A stretch of DNA of 64,000 bases from Octopus vulgaris (lineage: Eukaryota): assembly GCA_951406725.2 (NCBI GenBank), contig OX597833.1, forward strand, positions 63,612,001-63,676,000, given 5' to 3'. This document shows, piece by piece, positions 1-14,631 of this stretch. Within the stretch, counting starts at the first letter, position 1. Every line of letters starts with the position of its first letter. The position numbers were made by a program, and so were the translations under genes. The notes below the pieces were generated by a model that was not told the DNA's origin, searched no databases, and was given only the letters and a program-made list of their open reading frames with translations.

Positions 1-85
1 AATACTTCATGCAGAATCCGTGCTCTCACAAAAGTGTTGATCTCTTCCTTAACCTGCTTCCTCCATCTGTGGCGATGACATCTGT

Positions 86-673
86 GGTCTGCCGTTACGT
101 TCTGAGTTCATATTCCGCCGAGGTCGACTTTACCTATCATTCTTTCGGGTTCGATTAAATAAGTACCAGATGGTGGAAGCACTCCGTCGGTTACGACGAC
201 GAGGGTTCCGGTTGATCCGATCAACGGAACAGCCTACTCGTGAAATTAACGTGTAAGTGGTTGAGCACTCCACAGACACGTGCACCCTTAATGTAGTTCT
301 CGGGGGATATTCAGCGTGACACAGAGAGTGACAAGGCCGGCCCTTTGAAATACAGGTACAACAGAAACAGGAAGTAAGAGTGAGAGAAAGTTGTGGTGAA
401 AGAGTACAGCAGGGATCACCACCATCCCTGCCGGAGCCTCGTGGAGCTTTAGGTGTTTTCGCTCGATAAACACTCACAACGCCCGGTCTGGGAATCGAAA
501 CCGCGATCCCACGAACGCGAGTTCGCTGCCCTAACCACTGAGCCATTGCGCCTCCACAAGTACCAGATACGCACTGGGGTCGATATAATCGACTTAATCC
601 GTTTGTCTGTCCTTGTTTGTCCTCTCTGTATTTAGCCTCTTGTGGGTTGTAAAGAAATAGGTATTTCGTCTGC
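86..673 (+). mobile_element. tRNA-derived SINE, family B (split by nested SINE at 172-557)
   Basis: B-box-like gagttcatattcc, central ctttcgggttcgattaaataagtaccag and tail tttagcctcttgtgggttgtaaagaaata match copies at 33499-33767 and 27697-28187. Confidence 0.85.
172..557 (-). mobile_element. Full-length tRNA-derived SINE, family C1, nested in SINE B with an 11-bp TSD
   Basis: Minus strand begins gtggaggcgcaatggctcagtggttagggcagcg...ggtttcgattccc (A and B boxes). Flanked by aagtaccagat at 161-171 and 558-568. Confidence 0.9.
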
Positions 674-753
674 CAGTCAGTCTCCTGCATATCACAGGCC
701 TTTAATAGTACGTAGATAGGGTTATAATCCCATCTTATTCCGTTATTCTAATA

Positions 754-1151
754 TCTTTATATATAAAAGTGAAGTTGTGTGTCTGTCTCCTACGATTTAG
801 ATTCCTAACTACTCCCACATTTTGCGGTGCAGTGTAACCAAAAGCGGGTATCTTATAGACGTGATTCATATCGATCCCTTCTGGGTATTAGCGCGCGTCT
901 ACGATGAGTCTACGATTAAAAAAAAATTACCATAATTTTTCCGTATTTTTAATGCATTTTCGCTCGGTTTATATACGGGAAGTAACTCTCTAAAAATGCA
1001 TTATTAAATCTCAGAACGTAAAAAGCTACAGTAACACCCCACCCCCTTTGTGGTTAGCCATATTGAGTTGGCTATTATACTTTACATCTCTAAAAATGCT
1101 TATATAGTCATTTCCCTTACAAACCCGAGCAACGCCGGGTGATACTGCTAG
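754..1151 (+). mobile_element. Non-autonomous Helitron
   Basis: 5' A|TCTTTATATATAAAA, subterminal hairpin acccg-agcaacgc-cgggt (1123-1140), 3' CTAG|T, no TSD. These are the canonical Helitron termini. Confidence 0.85.
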
Positions 1152-1291
1152 TAATATATAGATGTATTTCCATGAAGCATGCATAAGAGTTGAAAACTAA
1201 TGGACAATAGTTTTTACAAAGGAATCATATATCAAAATAGGAGATCCGAAAAAAATTGGTATTATTTATTCTGCATTATGTGTGTTTTATT

Positions 1292-1351
1292 TCCTACGAA
1301 AGTGTACTTGTAGGAAAAAAATCCTACGAAAGTGTACTTGTAGGAAAAAAT
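1292..1351. repeat. 30-bp tandem duplication of a self-complementary unit
   Basis: tcctacgaaagtgtacttgtaggaaaaaa occurs twice in tandem. Confidence 0.9.
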
Positions 1352-1486
1352 ATCTAAGAGATCTCCTATTAGGAATTCCTCAGATAAATAATCAAAGTAA
1401 TTAGTCATTCGATTCTCTGTCTGATGAGTTTCTAATAAGAAATGTCTTGAAAGGTTTTTTTTTTTCTACATGGACACCTTTGTAAC

Positions 1487-1616
1487 TATTATTATCATCA
1501 CCATCATCACCATCACCATCACCCCCCCACCATCATCATCATCATCATCCTCATCATCATCATCATCATCACTACCACAACCACCACCACCCACCACCAC
1601 CACCACCACCACCACC

Positions 1617-1699
<83 letters not shown>

Positions 1700-1722
1700 T
1701 ATCATTATTATTATTATTATTA

Positions 1723-1779
<57 letters not shown>
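1487..1779. repeat. Compound trinucleotide microsatellite (CAT/CAC/TAT)n
   Basis: Seen directly. Confidence 0.97.
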
Positions 1780-1879
1780 GCGGCGAGCTTAGCAGATCCG
1801 TTAGCATGCCGGGTGAAATGTTAAGCGGTACTTCATCTGCTACTACGTCCTGAGTTCAAATTCGGCTGAGGTCGACTTT
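1780..1879 (+). mobile_element. SINE B 5' head fragment
   Basis: gcggcgagcttagcagatccgttagcatgccggg...gagttcaaattcggctgaggtcgacttt. Confidence 0.8.
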
Positions 1880-1921
1880 GGAAGGGAAACATACAAACGT
1901 TTTTTCCAATGTTCTGTTTTG

Positions 1922-1978
<57 letters not shown>

Positions 1979-2352
1979 ACGGAAGGAATCGATCTATCTA
2001 TCGAACCATGGAATCGATGTTTCTATTGGCCAGTTCAAGCTGGTACTATTTCATGTTTCCAGCTTCTCACAGAAGTGTCAACTCTTTGTGTTTTAGTGAC
2101 GGAGAGAAATGCAGAGGCGGTGGGCGGGGGAGAGGAATTTGGAATCAGAAAGCACAAGGTAGAAACAGGTATGGCAATTAATCATTTCCAGCGTTTTAAG
2201 CTTCGACAGGTACATTTTTCATCTATGCCCACAAAGATTTTGACAGTTAAGGTTGGCCAATGCGGGACTAAAATTGTGGAGTAGGGCTTAGGAAATATTA
2301 AAATACTGCGAGGCACCATATTCAACACTGCAGTGATCCATAATTAATCTAT

Positions 2353-3830
<1,478 letters not shown>

Positions 3831-3977
3831 CAAACATACATGAAAGCCAATCATATAAGAATAATCACCTATTGGAAAGGTGATTACACTTGCGGTGCTC
3901 CGGCATGGCCGCAGCCTTTGCGCTAAAACATATTAAAGAAATAAAAGAACATACACATATATATATTATTCATATAC

Positions 3978-4047
<70 letters not shown>

Positions 4048-4136
4048 GAGTGAGAGAGCAGTTCATGCCATCATTATTATTATTGACTACCCGTCTGATA
4101 TACACCAGGCACATGCATCACAACCATATGTGCGCG

Positions 4137-4169
<33 letters not shown>

Positions 4170-4397
4170 AGGTTGTTTAAGGATGTTGAAAGAACCACCC
4201 ATGTTATAACTATTCACCAAGAATCCCTCTCAACACATGGCTATGATGCTCCCATTCTGCTCGGATCAGAGATGCACATATCGTCAACTAAGGACATGCT
4301 CAACTGGTTAAGTCAAACAACTGACGCAAATCTGTGGTATTGAGAGAATATTTGTGAACCCATCTTTACAAACAAAACAATACATGATTTCCAATCA

Positions 4398-4400
<3 letters not shown>
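4048..4400 (-). mobile_element. Degraded or mosaic copy of the (AAT)n-targeted 555-bp element
   Basis: Homologous to 4817-5332 and 40541-41095, but internal blocks are replaced by (TTA)n and there are many small deletions. Confidence 0.75.
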
Positions 4401-4463
<63 letters not shown>

Positions 4464-4464
<1 letters not shown>

Positions 4465-4732
4465 TATGTTTGACTTTTGCTTTACATTTGTACAAGTTGG
4501 CTTCAAGTCTCACCCGGAGACCTCAAGAGACAACAGGTTGGATGTTCATGTTGGTGTTATGCCTAGTGTGCCATATATTTTTGTATTTAGTGTTGTACTA
4601 GTGAATGTCTATAAAAAAAAAACCATACGAAAATTATGTTTGTTTTAAACCTTGAGATTACATAGTAAGTATTTTGCGTAGGATATGAGCAGTTCCCATG
4701 AGCACTATCTTTTGAATTTCTGCCATTTTGGG

Positions 4733-4735
<3 letters not shown>
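4464..4735 (-). mobile_element. 3' end of an R4/Dong-type non-LTR retrotransposon inserted in (AAT)n
   Basis: Minus frame NPKMAEIQKIVLMGTAHILRKILTM* matches the R4-clade RLE C-terminus (QK..LLGTA.ILR..L). It is followed by a 3' UTR, with (AAT)n on both sides. Confidence 0.8.
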
Positions 4736-4816
<81 letters not shown>

Positions 4817-5332
4817 GAGTGAGAGAGCAGTGCATGCCATCAAAGTGACACTGGGGTAAATTATACGATGGCCAGTATACCCATCATGACTACACGTCTG
4901 ATAAGGGTACATTCATCACAACCATATGTGCGCGACATGGTAATCTCATATCAAGATAAACAGTGCATGACCTTGCAGGTGGGGTCCAGTTAGAATTCTT
5001 TTCTGGTCGAGTAACCCATCCCACTCAAAAGTTCCCATAATAAGTGTTGTTTAAGAATGATGAACGAAACGCCTATGTTTCTAGAGATTAATTATCCAAA
5101 GCTCCAAGAATTCCTTTCAACACACGGCTATGATGCTCCCCTACTACTTCTGCTCGTGATCAGAGATGCACATATCGTCAGCCACTAAGGGACATGCTCA
5201 ACTGGTTAAGGTCAAACAACTGACAAACAAATCTGTGGTATTGAGCAGAATATTTGCTGTAGTCCATCTTTTATACCAAGACAAAACAATGTACATGCAT
5301 CAGAGCATTACCACTGTCTGGTACTGCATCAG
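4817..5332 (-). mobile_element. (AAT)n-targeted non-autonomous retroelement, about 555-bp family
   Basis: Reverse-complement homolog of 40541-41095; abuts (ATT)n. Confidence 0.85.
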
Positions 5333-5342
5333 TACCAGTACA

Positions 5343-5481
5343 CATTCCGCCGAGATCGACTTTAGGGAGATTCCTTCGAAATCCTTTTGGGATCGATAAA
5401 ATGAGTACCAGCTGAGCCCTAAGATCGATGTAACCGACTTACCACTCCCCTCAAAGTTATTGGCTTTGAACCAAAAATTGA

Positions 5482-5527
<46 letters not shown>

Positions 5528-5700
5528 GAAGGTGGCAAGCTAGCAGAAACATTAGCACGTCGGGCGAAATGCTTAGCAGTATATCGTCTGTCTTTACATT
5601 CTGAGTTGAGTTCAAATTCCGGCGAAGTCGACTTTACCTTTCATCATTTCAGGGTCGATAAACTAAGTACCAGTTGAATAGTGGGTCGATGTGATCCCCT
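5343..5700 (+). mobile_element. Two SINE B fragments separated by (ATT)n
   Basis: attccgccgagatcgacttt...gataaaatgagtaccag, and ggtggcaagctagcagaaacattagcacg...gagttcaaattcc. Confidence 0.75.
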
Positions 5701-6218
5701 ATTTCCTCCCAACCTAACACATTCTATCGGTCCCTTTTGCCGAACCGCTAAGTTACGGGGACGTAAACACACCAGCATCGGTTGTCTAGCGATATTGGTG
5801 GTGGTGGTGGTGGGGGGAGGGTTGACTGTCAAACACAGACACACATGACTAAAACAAGTATAAGAATAAAAAAATAAAATATACCGTATGCATATACGAA
5901 TGAATGCAATACGTATATGTAAACACGTATATATACCTGAAAAGAAGTAAGAGAGGGAGAGACAGAGAGAAACAGAGAGAGAGAGAAAGAGAGACAGAGA
6001 GAGGGAGAGGGAGATAGAGACAGAGAGACAGACTGACAGAGGAAAAGAGAGGGAGCGAGAGTGAAAGAGAGAGTACGTGTGTTCATATATGGCGTTAGCA
6101 TAGTTTCTTCAACCCATCCTTGACAGTACGATATTATATTAAACGATCCAGCATAGTTACACGTAATTAACAGTGAGCATTATGTATTATGTCAGGGATA
6201 TACATATATACGTCTATA

Positions 6219-6288
<70 letters not shown>

Positions 6289-6311
6289 TATATATATACA
6301 TATATATATAC

Positions 6312-6408
<97 letters not shown>

Positions 6409-6456
6409 CACGTATATATATACATATATATATACGTATATATATATTCATGTATA

Positions 6457-6496
<40 letters not shown>

Positions 6497-7569
6497 TATT
6501 ATTATGCACACACACACACATATACATATATATATATAGATAGATATAGATATGTATATATATTATGTATATGTATTATGTATTATGTTAGGATATACAT
6601 ATATATATGTATATATATGTATATATATACATATATGTACGTATATATATATATCTATTTATACATATATACAGATATATATATATATACACATATGTAT
6701 GTGTGCATATATATATATATATGTATATGTGTGTGTGTGTGTGTATATGTATGTGGTGGTGTGTGCGTGTCTATGGGCGTGTGTGACATAACGTAAGATT
6801 AAGTGTGTATATTTTGAGGAAGAAGCAATCTCCAGCTTAATAGGAGAACAATTTAGTTGCCAAAATCAATAACAAGAACAAGAACAACAACAACAACTGT
6901 TATGAAAGCAACAAGAGACACCATTAAATACAACAGCATCAGCAGCAGTGGCCGCAGCAGCAGCAGCAGCAGCACTGTTACTTCCACCATGAACAAGGAC
7001 AACTATAACGATATCATCCACGCGAATATCACAAATAACGTTAACAACAACAACAGTAGTGATAATGACCATAACAACAACAACAACAACAACAACAGCA
7101 GTAGCGGTCACAATAATAAAAACAACAACAACAATCTTAACGGCAGGTACAACAACAACAACAATAATAATAATAATACTTAGAACAGGCGTATCGAATA
7201 CGCTTGATAATCGCAATCTAATCCGTTATCACCAACCAATTTATGCACAGACGAGGCCTGATCTTTTATTTAATCCCCCTTCTATTAATCCGCCGCCATC
7301 TTACGCTCTTTTTCTGTAGACATAGCCAACAATTCAGCGGTTCGGTTTCCAACTACAGTGCGGGCTTATTAAATACTTCTTTTGCTGAGCCTCCCCGATG
7401 TTGCTTGGGCGTTAGACACTAATATGGGCCAATATTTGAATGCATGAATATATGAGAATCGGACAAATCCTTAACACACTCACTTCAGACTTACTAAGGT
7501 AAAGTTTAAAGTGATTTTCCTACTTTAGGGAGCAAGGGGCCTGATCGTCGTAAGTTCTACGTTCAGCTG

Positions 7570-8340
7570 GCTCCCTCTGATATCCTTCAGGAAGGACCCC
7601 GTATCTAAGGTGTTACCTGGGTTACCTAACAGCTCTACGACAGCAGCTAGCAAGAACGCTGGGTTCAGGATTACGGATCTTAGTAACATAGTAACGGTTC
7701 CCAGTAAAACACTTTGTCAGGTTATGGACCAGAATTATGTTTTAGAGCCTTTAACGGCATCCAGTAAAGAACCTGTGTATAAGATTACGGACGCGGGTTT
7801 CATATTATCCCTCTGCCAGCACTCAGTAAGGCACCTTTGTCCAGTATAATGTAATAGCCATGTGACAGCACTCAGTAAGGACTCTGTGTTAAGGGTTGCA
7901 CACCAGGGTAATACATCAGGTTTCTGGTAGCACCTACAGAGAACCCTGGGTCCAGAGTTACGTAACAGCTGTCTGGAAACATACAGCAAAGATTACGGGC
8001 TATTGTTATAAATGAAGGCTCTAACGGCACCACACACGAACTATATGACAGTTATTAGGTAACCAGGGTTACCAAATAACCGTTTGACAGCAACCAGTAA
8101 AGTCCCTCTGTCCAGTATCTTGTACTATCCTGCTGACAGCACCAATAGGTATTTTATATTCAGGGTTACAGATCAACACCATATGAGAGCATGAATACAT
8201 CAGGTTCTCTGGTAGCATCTACAGAGAACCCTGGGCATCCAGAGTTACGTAGACTGAGCTGTCTGGAATGTAAGTTCTATATAGTTAGTGAGAAAGTTAC
8301 GGTGCTATTGTTACGTAAATGAATGATTCTCTAACGGTGC
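7570..8340. repeat. Ancient degenerate tandem repeat (about 50-60-bp subunit) with an internal duplicated block
   Basis: Recurring cagc..cagtaag..ac.ctgtgt..ag.gttac motif. The block at 7910-8030 is repeated at 8194-8340. Confidence 0.65.
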
Positions 8341-8518
8341 CTGCACTATGACTTTTGATGAACTAATGGATTAGATTCACAACACCCGTCTTTCATAATA
8401 CCCTGTATAACACAAACCCTTTTTTAAATATTGATGGGTTAAATGGCAGTCCTACACGGCGAAAACGTTGTGTAGCAATGATCCCAGCTTTAAGTGTTCT
8501 GAAGTTCAAATCTCAGAC

Positions 8519-8657
8519 AGCCTTCTTTAGGTGTCCTTGGGAAATTTCGAACCTGGGTTCTCATTCCTAAGGTATGGAGATATATCCGCCGAAATGTTGT
8601 GTTAACAACAAACAAGATGAGAATAAATATCCGTCAAATGTAAATAATGTAAATAAC
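8519..8657. mobile_element. PLE pLTR-like fragment with an internal inversion (family of 24510-24673)
   Basis: 8519-8568 matches 24628-24675 in the same orientation. 8575-8657 matches the reverse complement of 24545-24625. Confidence 0.75.
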
Positions 8658-8871
8658 GTAGAAATGATAGATGACACAGGACAGGTGGTGTACAGAAGGA
8701 CCGAACACGAGACCAGGCAGTTTCGAAAGAAGTGTCTTAACAACGTGGCCCTGACTGCAACGGTTTACAGTTAACGCTGTTGTATATCCTGTAATTAGTC
8801 AATGATGTGTATCGGATATAATGAGATGCAAAAATATTTAGTCGTCGACCAGACACTAATTACGTACCATG

Positions 8872-9391
<520 letters not shown>

Positions 9392-10109
9392 TGTGTGTGT
9401 GTGTTGGCTTGTTTTGGGGAAGAAAAAAAAAAAACGTTTGAGTGAAGATAGTTGATTTAATCAGACAGTATATATTATCTAATTTCGTAGGAATGAAAGC
9501 AGAACACCAAAACCACGACCACCATCACCACCACCACCACCACCATTACCACCACCACCACCACCACCACGACCACCACGACCACCACCACGACCCCCAC
9601 CACGACCACCACGACCACCACGACCACCACGACCACCACGACCACCACCTCCACCACCACCACCACCACCACCACCAATACCACCACCACCAATACCACC
9701 ACCACCACCACCACCACCACCACAACCACCACCACCACCACCACCACCACCACCACCACCACCACCACCACCATCATCCCCATCATCCCCATCATCATCA
9801 TCATCATCATCATCATCGTCATCGTCGTCGTCACCGTCGGCGTATTGCAGTGAGGAGTTAAACAGAATTGCTGAGCTCCTCACTTGCATTGCTCAAAGGT
9901 TTTCGAAAACATTTACCTCATAGACACACACACACACACACACACATACACACACACACATGTATATATACACTCACACATGTCTATGAATATATTCATA
10001 CACACACATATACACACACATCTGCATTCTTCTGTGTGTCAAATTCCAAGTGAACTGAAGAGAGTCAATGACCCTCTAACAATGTGTCTGTTTATGCAGA
10101 TACACATGG

Positions 10110-10148
<39 letters not shown>

Positions 10149-10164
10149 CGCACACACACACACA

Positions 10165-10266
10165 CATATATATATATACATGCATAATACACACACACAC
10201 ACATATATATATATACATGCATAATACACACACACGCACACACATATATATATATACATACATAAT

Positions 10267-10301
<35 letters not shown>

Positions 10302-10340
10302 CATGCATAATACACATACACATATATATATACATGCATA

Positions 10341-10391
<51 letters not shown>

Positions 10392-10440
10392 CATGCATAA
10401 TACACACACACACATATATATATACATGCATAATACACAT

Positions 10441-10481
<41 letters not shown>

Positions 10482-10483
10482 AT

Positions 10484-10528
<45 letters not shown>

Positions 10529-10538
10529 CATGCATAAT

Positions 10539-10575
<37 letters not shown>

Positions 10576-10630
10576 CATGCATAATACACACACATACACA
10601 CACATATATATACATGCATAATACACACAC
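10165..10630. repeat. Compound minisatellite (TA)n-catgcataat-(AC)n
   Basis: The core catgcataat recurs about every 30-40 bp, more than ten times. Confidence 0.9.
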
Positions 10631-11261
10631 ACGCACACCTAACACACACACACGTGCTTCCACTTGTATCTTTTCCTGCTTTTCTTACGGTGGAGGAACA
10701 AATGCTCGTTTTTGAAGCCTTGAAGAATTATTGTGTTGTGACGTGTTTCTTTTCATTTACTTGATGTTAATTGAAGGACATCGAGCATTCCATGATCAGA
10801 AGTCGTGGCGTTCAAGCGTTTCTTCCTATGAAAATAGTCATCAAAAAAGAGAATCCTTCGGTTGGACTAGTTTCCCTGTGATCTTGCTGTTGCTTGTCCT
10901 GGGTGTTTATCTATGGATGTTTCGTGAGAAGTACAAGTGTGAGTCAGGGAGAGGCACAAGCTTGGTAGGGCATGATGATAATCTAATGACATCATCGTCG
11001 TCGTCATCCTCTACTTCCTCCTCATTCTCTACTTCCTCCTTCTTGTGCCATTTCTTGTCCTGCACCTCCTCCACCACATCGTCCCCCCCCCCCCGTCCTC
11101 GTCCTCCTCCTTTTCTTTATACCTGTCGTCATCGTTGTCGATGTCATGATAATGATCATTAATGATGATGAGGATGAAGATGATGATGATCATTATCATC
11201 ATCAACAACCGCGAATCATTACAGTCTTGCATCCGGGAACTCATCGGGACAGTTACCTGGA

Positions 11262-11413
11262 TTTCGAGGTCGACATTGCCTTTCATCCTTTTGGGGTCGA
11301 CTAAACAAGTACCAGTTACGAACTGGGATCGATATGATCGACTTAATCCGTTTGTCTGTCGTTGTTTGTCCTCTCTGTGTTTAGCCCCTTGTGGGCAGTA
11401 AAGAAATAGGTAT
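11262..11413 (+). mobile_element. SINE B 3' portion
   Basis: gaggtcgacattgcctttcatccttttggggtcgac...tttagccccttgtgggcagtaaagaaataggtat. Confidence 0.85.
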
Positions 11414-12730
11414 ATAGATGCCCAAAATCTTTTCGTCTCTCCTCTACATCCTGCCCAATCATGATGCTAGGTACTTGTCGCAGGACCATTCATTTACAGC
11501 TGTGTGGAGTTGAGTAACGGGGAACTGAAGTGTTTTTATTCACGAAAACAACGAACCCTCAATCCGAACTGGGAATCGAAACTACAAACCTACGATCCTG
11601 AATGAAATGCTGTAAACACTGAGCTGTAAATATTGCCTCCAATGAAGCTATTGTACATACATGCAGAAATACTCACTGTGAAAATTACACGGACCTTTAA
11701 ATTCTTAGAATCATAATTCCCAACCCAAGTAACACTGTTCAAGAGAAGGTGGGTTGGCTAGAAGAAAACAACCGAAGGAATATCAATTCGGCGAAGGGAA
11801 CAATTTCTCATATGCGTGAAAAATATTTATACATGAGTTTTACATGATTTTAAGTGGTAACATGAAATCTTTACAGCTGTTTCGATGCATTCTGCGAACT
11901 GTGAGTATTATGATACAATAATGTAGCTGAGTGTAACGATTTTAAGACAGTAATATTCAAATATTAATGTTTACATCAAATTGTATAATTTGAATGAAAT
12001 CCAGAATGCACAGTGTGCGTCGAAACAGCCGTAAAGATTGATTATGTCATGTAAAACGTCGTAAGAGGGTCACGTAAATACATGCAATATCTCATTCTTA
12101 ACATACAAGCATACATACACACACACATACGTGTGTGTGTGTATACATATACAAAGAAATATATATATATATATATACATATAAAAATATACACACACAC
12201 ATATACATACATATATGCATATATGTTTATATATATATATATATTTCTTCTAACTTGTGTTCTTTCTTTCTCTCCATTGTAGCTGGAACAAGGACGACGT
12301 GTTCTTGTCTGTCTCCTGTCCAAGCTTGATTTAGGCGTTCGCCACTACAACCTCGTTTAGGCTTAGCAGCGCTTCTTGTTTGTTTTCACTGTCCTGTTTG
12401 TGTTACCAATTTTGACCATCCGCAAAATTCCAAATTTTATCTAATCTATTTCGCAGGAGCAACTGTTTTATCTAAAGCGTATATTGTTGTTAAATGCTCG
12501 AAATACGAGAATAGAAAGACAGCCAACAACTGATCAAGGGTCATTCTTTATGTTGTTTCTCTTGTTTTTCATTTGTTTCTTTCATTGTTCGAAAACATAC
12601 TTCATTTTCCAAGTACTCGTACTTCGTATTTTTTGTCGTACACGTTTCGTGACGTCTTGTACCCACATATGCATATATATATATACGTATAGATGTAAGA
12701 ATGTACATATACGTATGTATATATGCATAT

Positions 12731-12780
<50 letters not shown>

Positions 12781-12837
12781 AATAATTTACGTATACGAGA
12801 ATTAGAAATGGCAGTCAAAACCTATATATATATATAT

Positions 12838-12912
<75 letters not shown>

Positions 12913-13463
12913 ATATATTATATATATATATACATATATGTATATACAGCTATAGGTATGCATAAATACATACATTCATACACGTGAAAATATTACTTTT
13001 TTCATATTATCTTTAATTTTTTAAAATCTATATTTGTAACTGTGTATCTTCCCACATATTTATATATATGCATCTATCTTTTTATATATAGGCATGAGTT
13101 TTTTTGTTTGTGCTGAGTATGTGTGCGCGTGTGTAATAATATACATAATATTAGTAACGTACGCATTAATATGTTGTGTGTCGAGCAACCTTATCTGATT
13201 TAGAGATCTCAATGCCTTGGGTCCAATGAATAATATATGATGATTATTTAGAAAAAAGAACTGCAACAAACTTACCAAAGCATCTCACATCCTTTCGAAG
13301 GTCAACACTTATGTAAAATGCCAAAAATTCATCCTGATCTCAAATTCGTGGCCATCTTAGCCAAGGGCGAAACTCTGTCAAGTTTTGATATGATATTCAT
13401 TATCTTTCTCACTCTCTCTCTCTTTCTATACACACACATACACACACATATATATATATCTAT

Positions 13464-13547
<84 letters not shown>

Positions 13548-13612
13548 ATGTCTGTCTGTCTGTCAATGTATCCCTCTTTCTATATATATGTATATGTATG
13601 TATATTATATAT

Positions 13613-13659
<47 letters not shown>

Positions 13660-13730
13660 TTACATATATTATTTTTATCATTCGACATTAACATATATGT
13701 ATGTATACACAAGCACACATATATATATGC

Positions 13731-13763
<33 letters not shown>

Positions 13764-13932
13764 CATGCATACTTACAGACATATAGACAAGCAGACAAGT
13801 AGATCTAAGAAATTTATTTGCTTGTATAAAATATACATGCGTGTATACACGAGTGTGTAAGTATATTTATATATAAGCATATGTGCGTATGTATAAGTAT
13901 ATGTATGAATATATATATATACACACACACAC

Positions 13933-13967
<35 letters not shown>

Positions 13968-14574
13968 TGTGTTTTCATATATATGTATGTATATTGATAT
14001 ATATATATATATATTTATATATACACACGCATATGTCTGTGTAAGCATGTTTAATTTATGCACATATACATACATGCATATTCATATTTATCAGTAAGGT
14101 GTTAAGGAAGACATAGACTCTCATATGTTACTTGTCTGAGCGAGAAAGTGTGTTTACATTAGTATGCTTGGAGGAGGTTTGAAAGCACCCGTGACACTAT
14201 GTGTAGATTGCTGATCTTTCTAATAGCATTATAACGATATGTATATTGCATATGTAAATGCGCAAAGCAGACACTTACTACGGCCTCACGGGAAGAGAAA
14301 CTTTAGAAATACCACAAACACATACGCTCTCACACCCATATATACATACATAAACATATATACATACACACACACACATATATACATACATATACATACA
14401 TACATACATACATATATATATATATATACTATCTGTCTATCTATTTATATATATATGTGTGTGTATGTGTGTGTGTAACTAATTACTCCTCCCAGTCTGT
14501 ACTTACAAGTGTGTGTGGGTATATTTAATATATTTATTCCTATACACACATACATACATGTATGCTTATACATG

Positions 14575-14631
<57 letters not shown>

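Noticed and set aside
130-690. 186-aa non-repetitive ORF
   Set aside because: It lies wholly within two nested SINEs.
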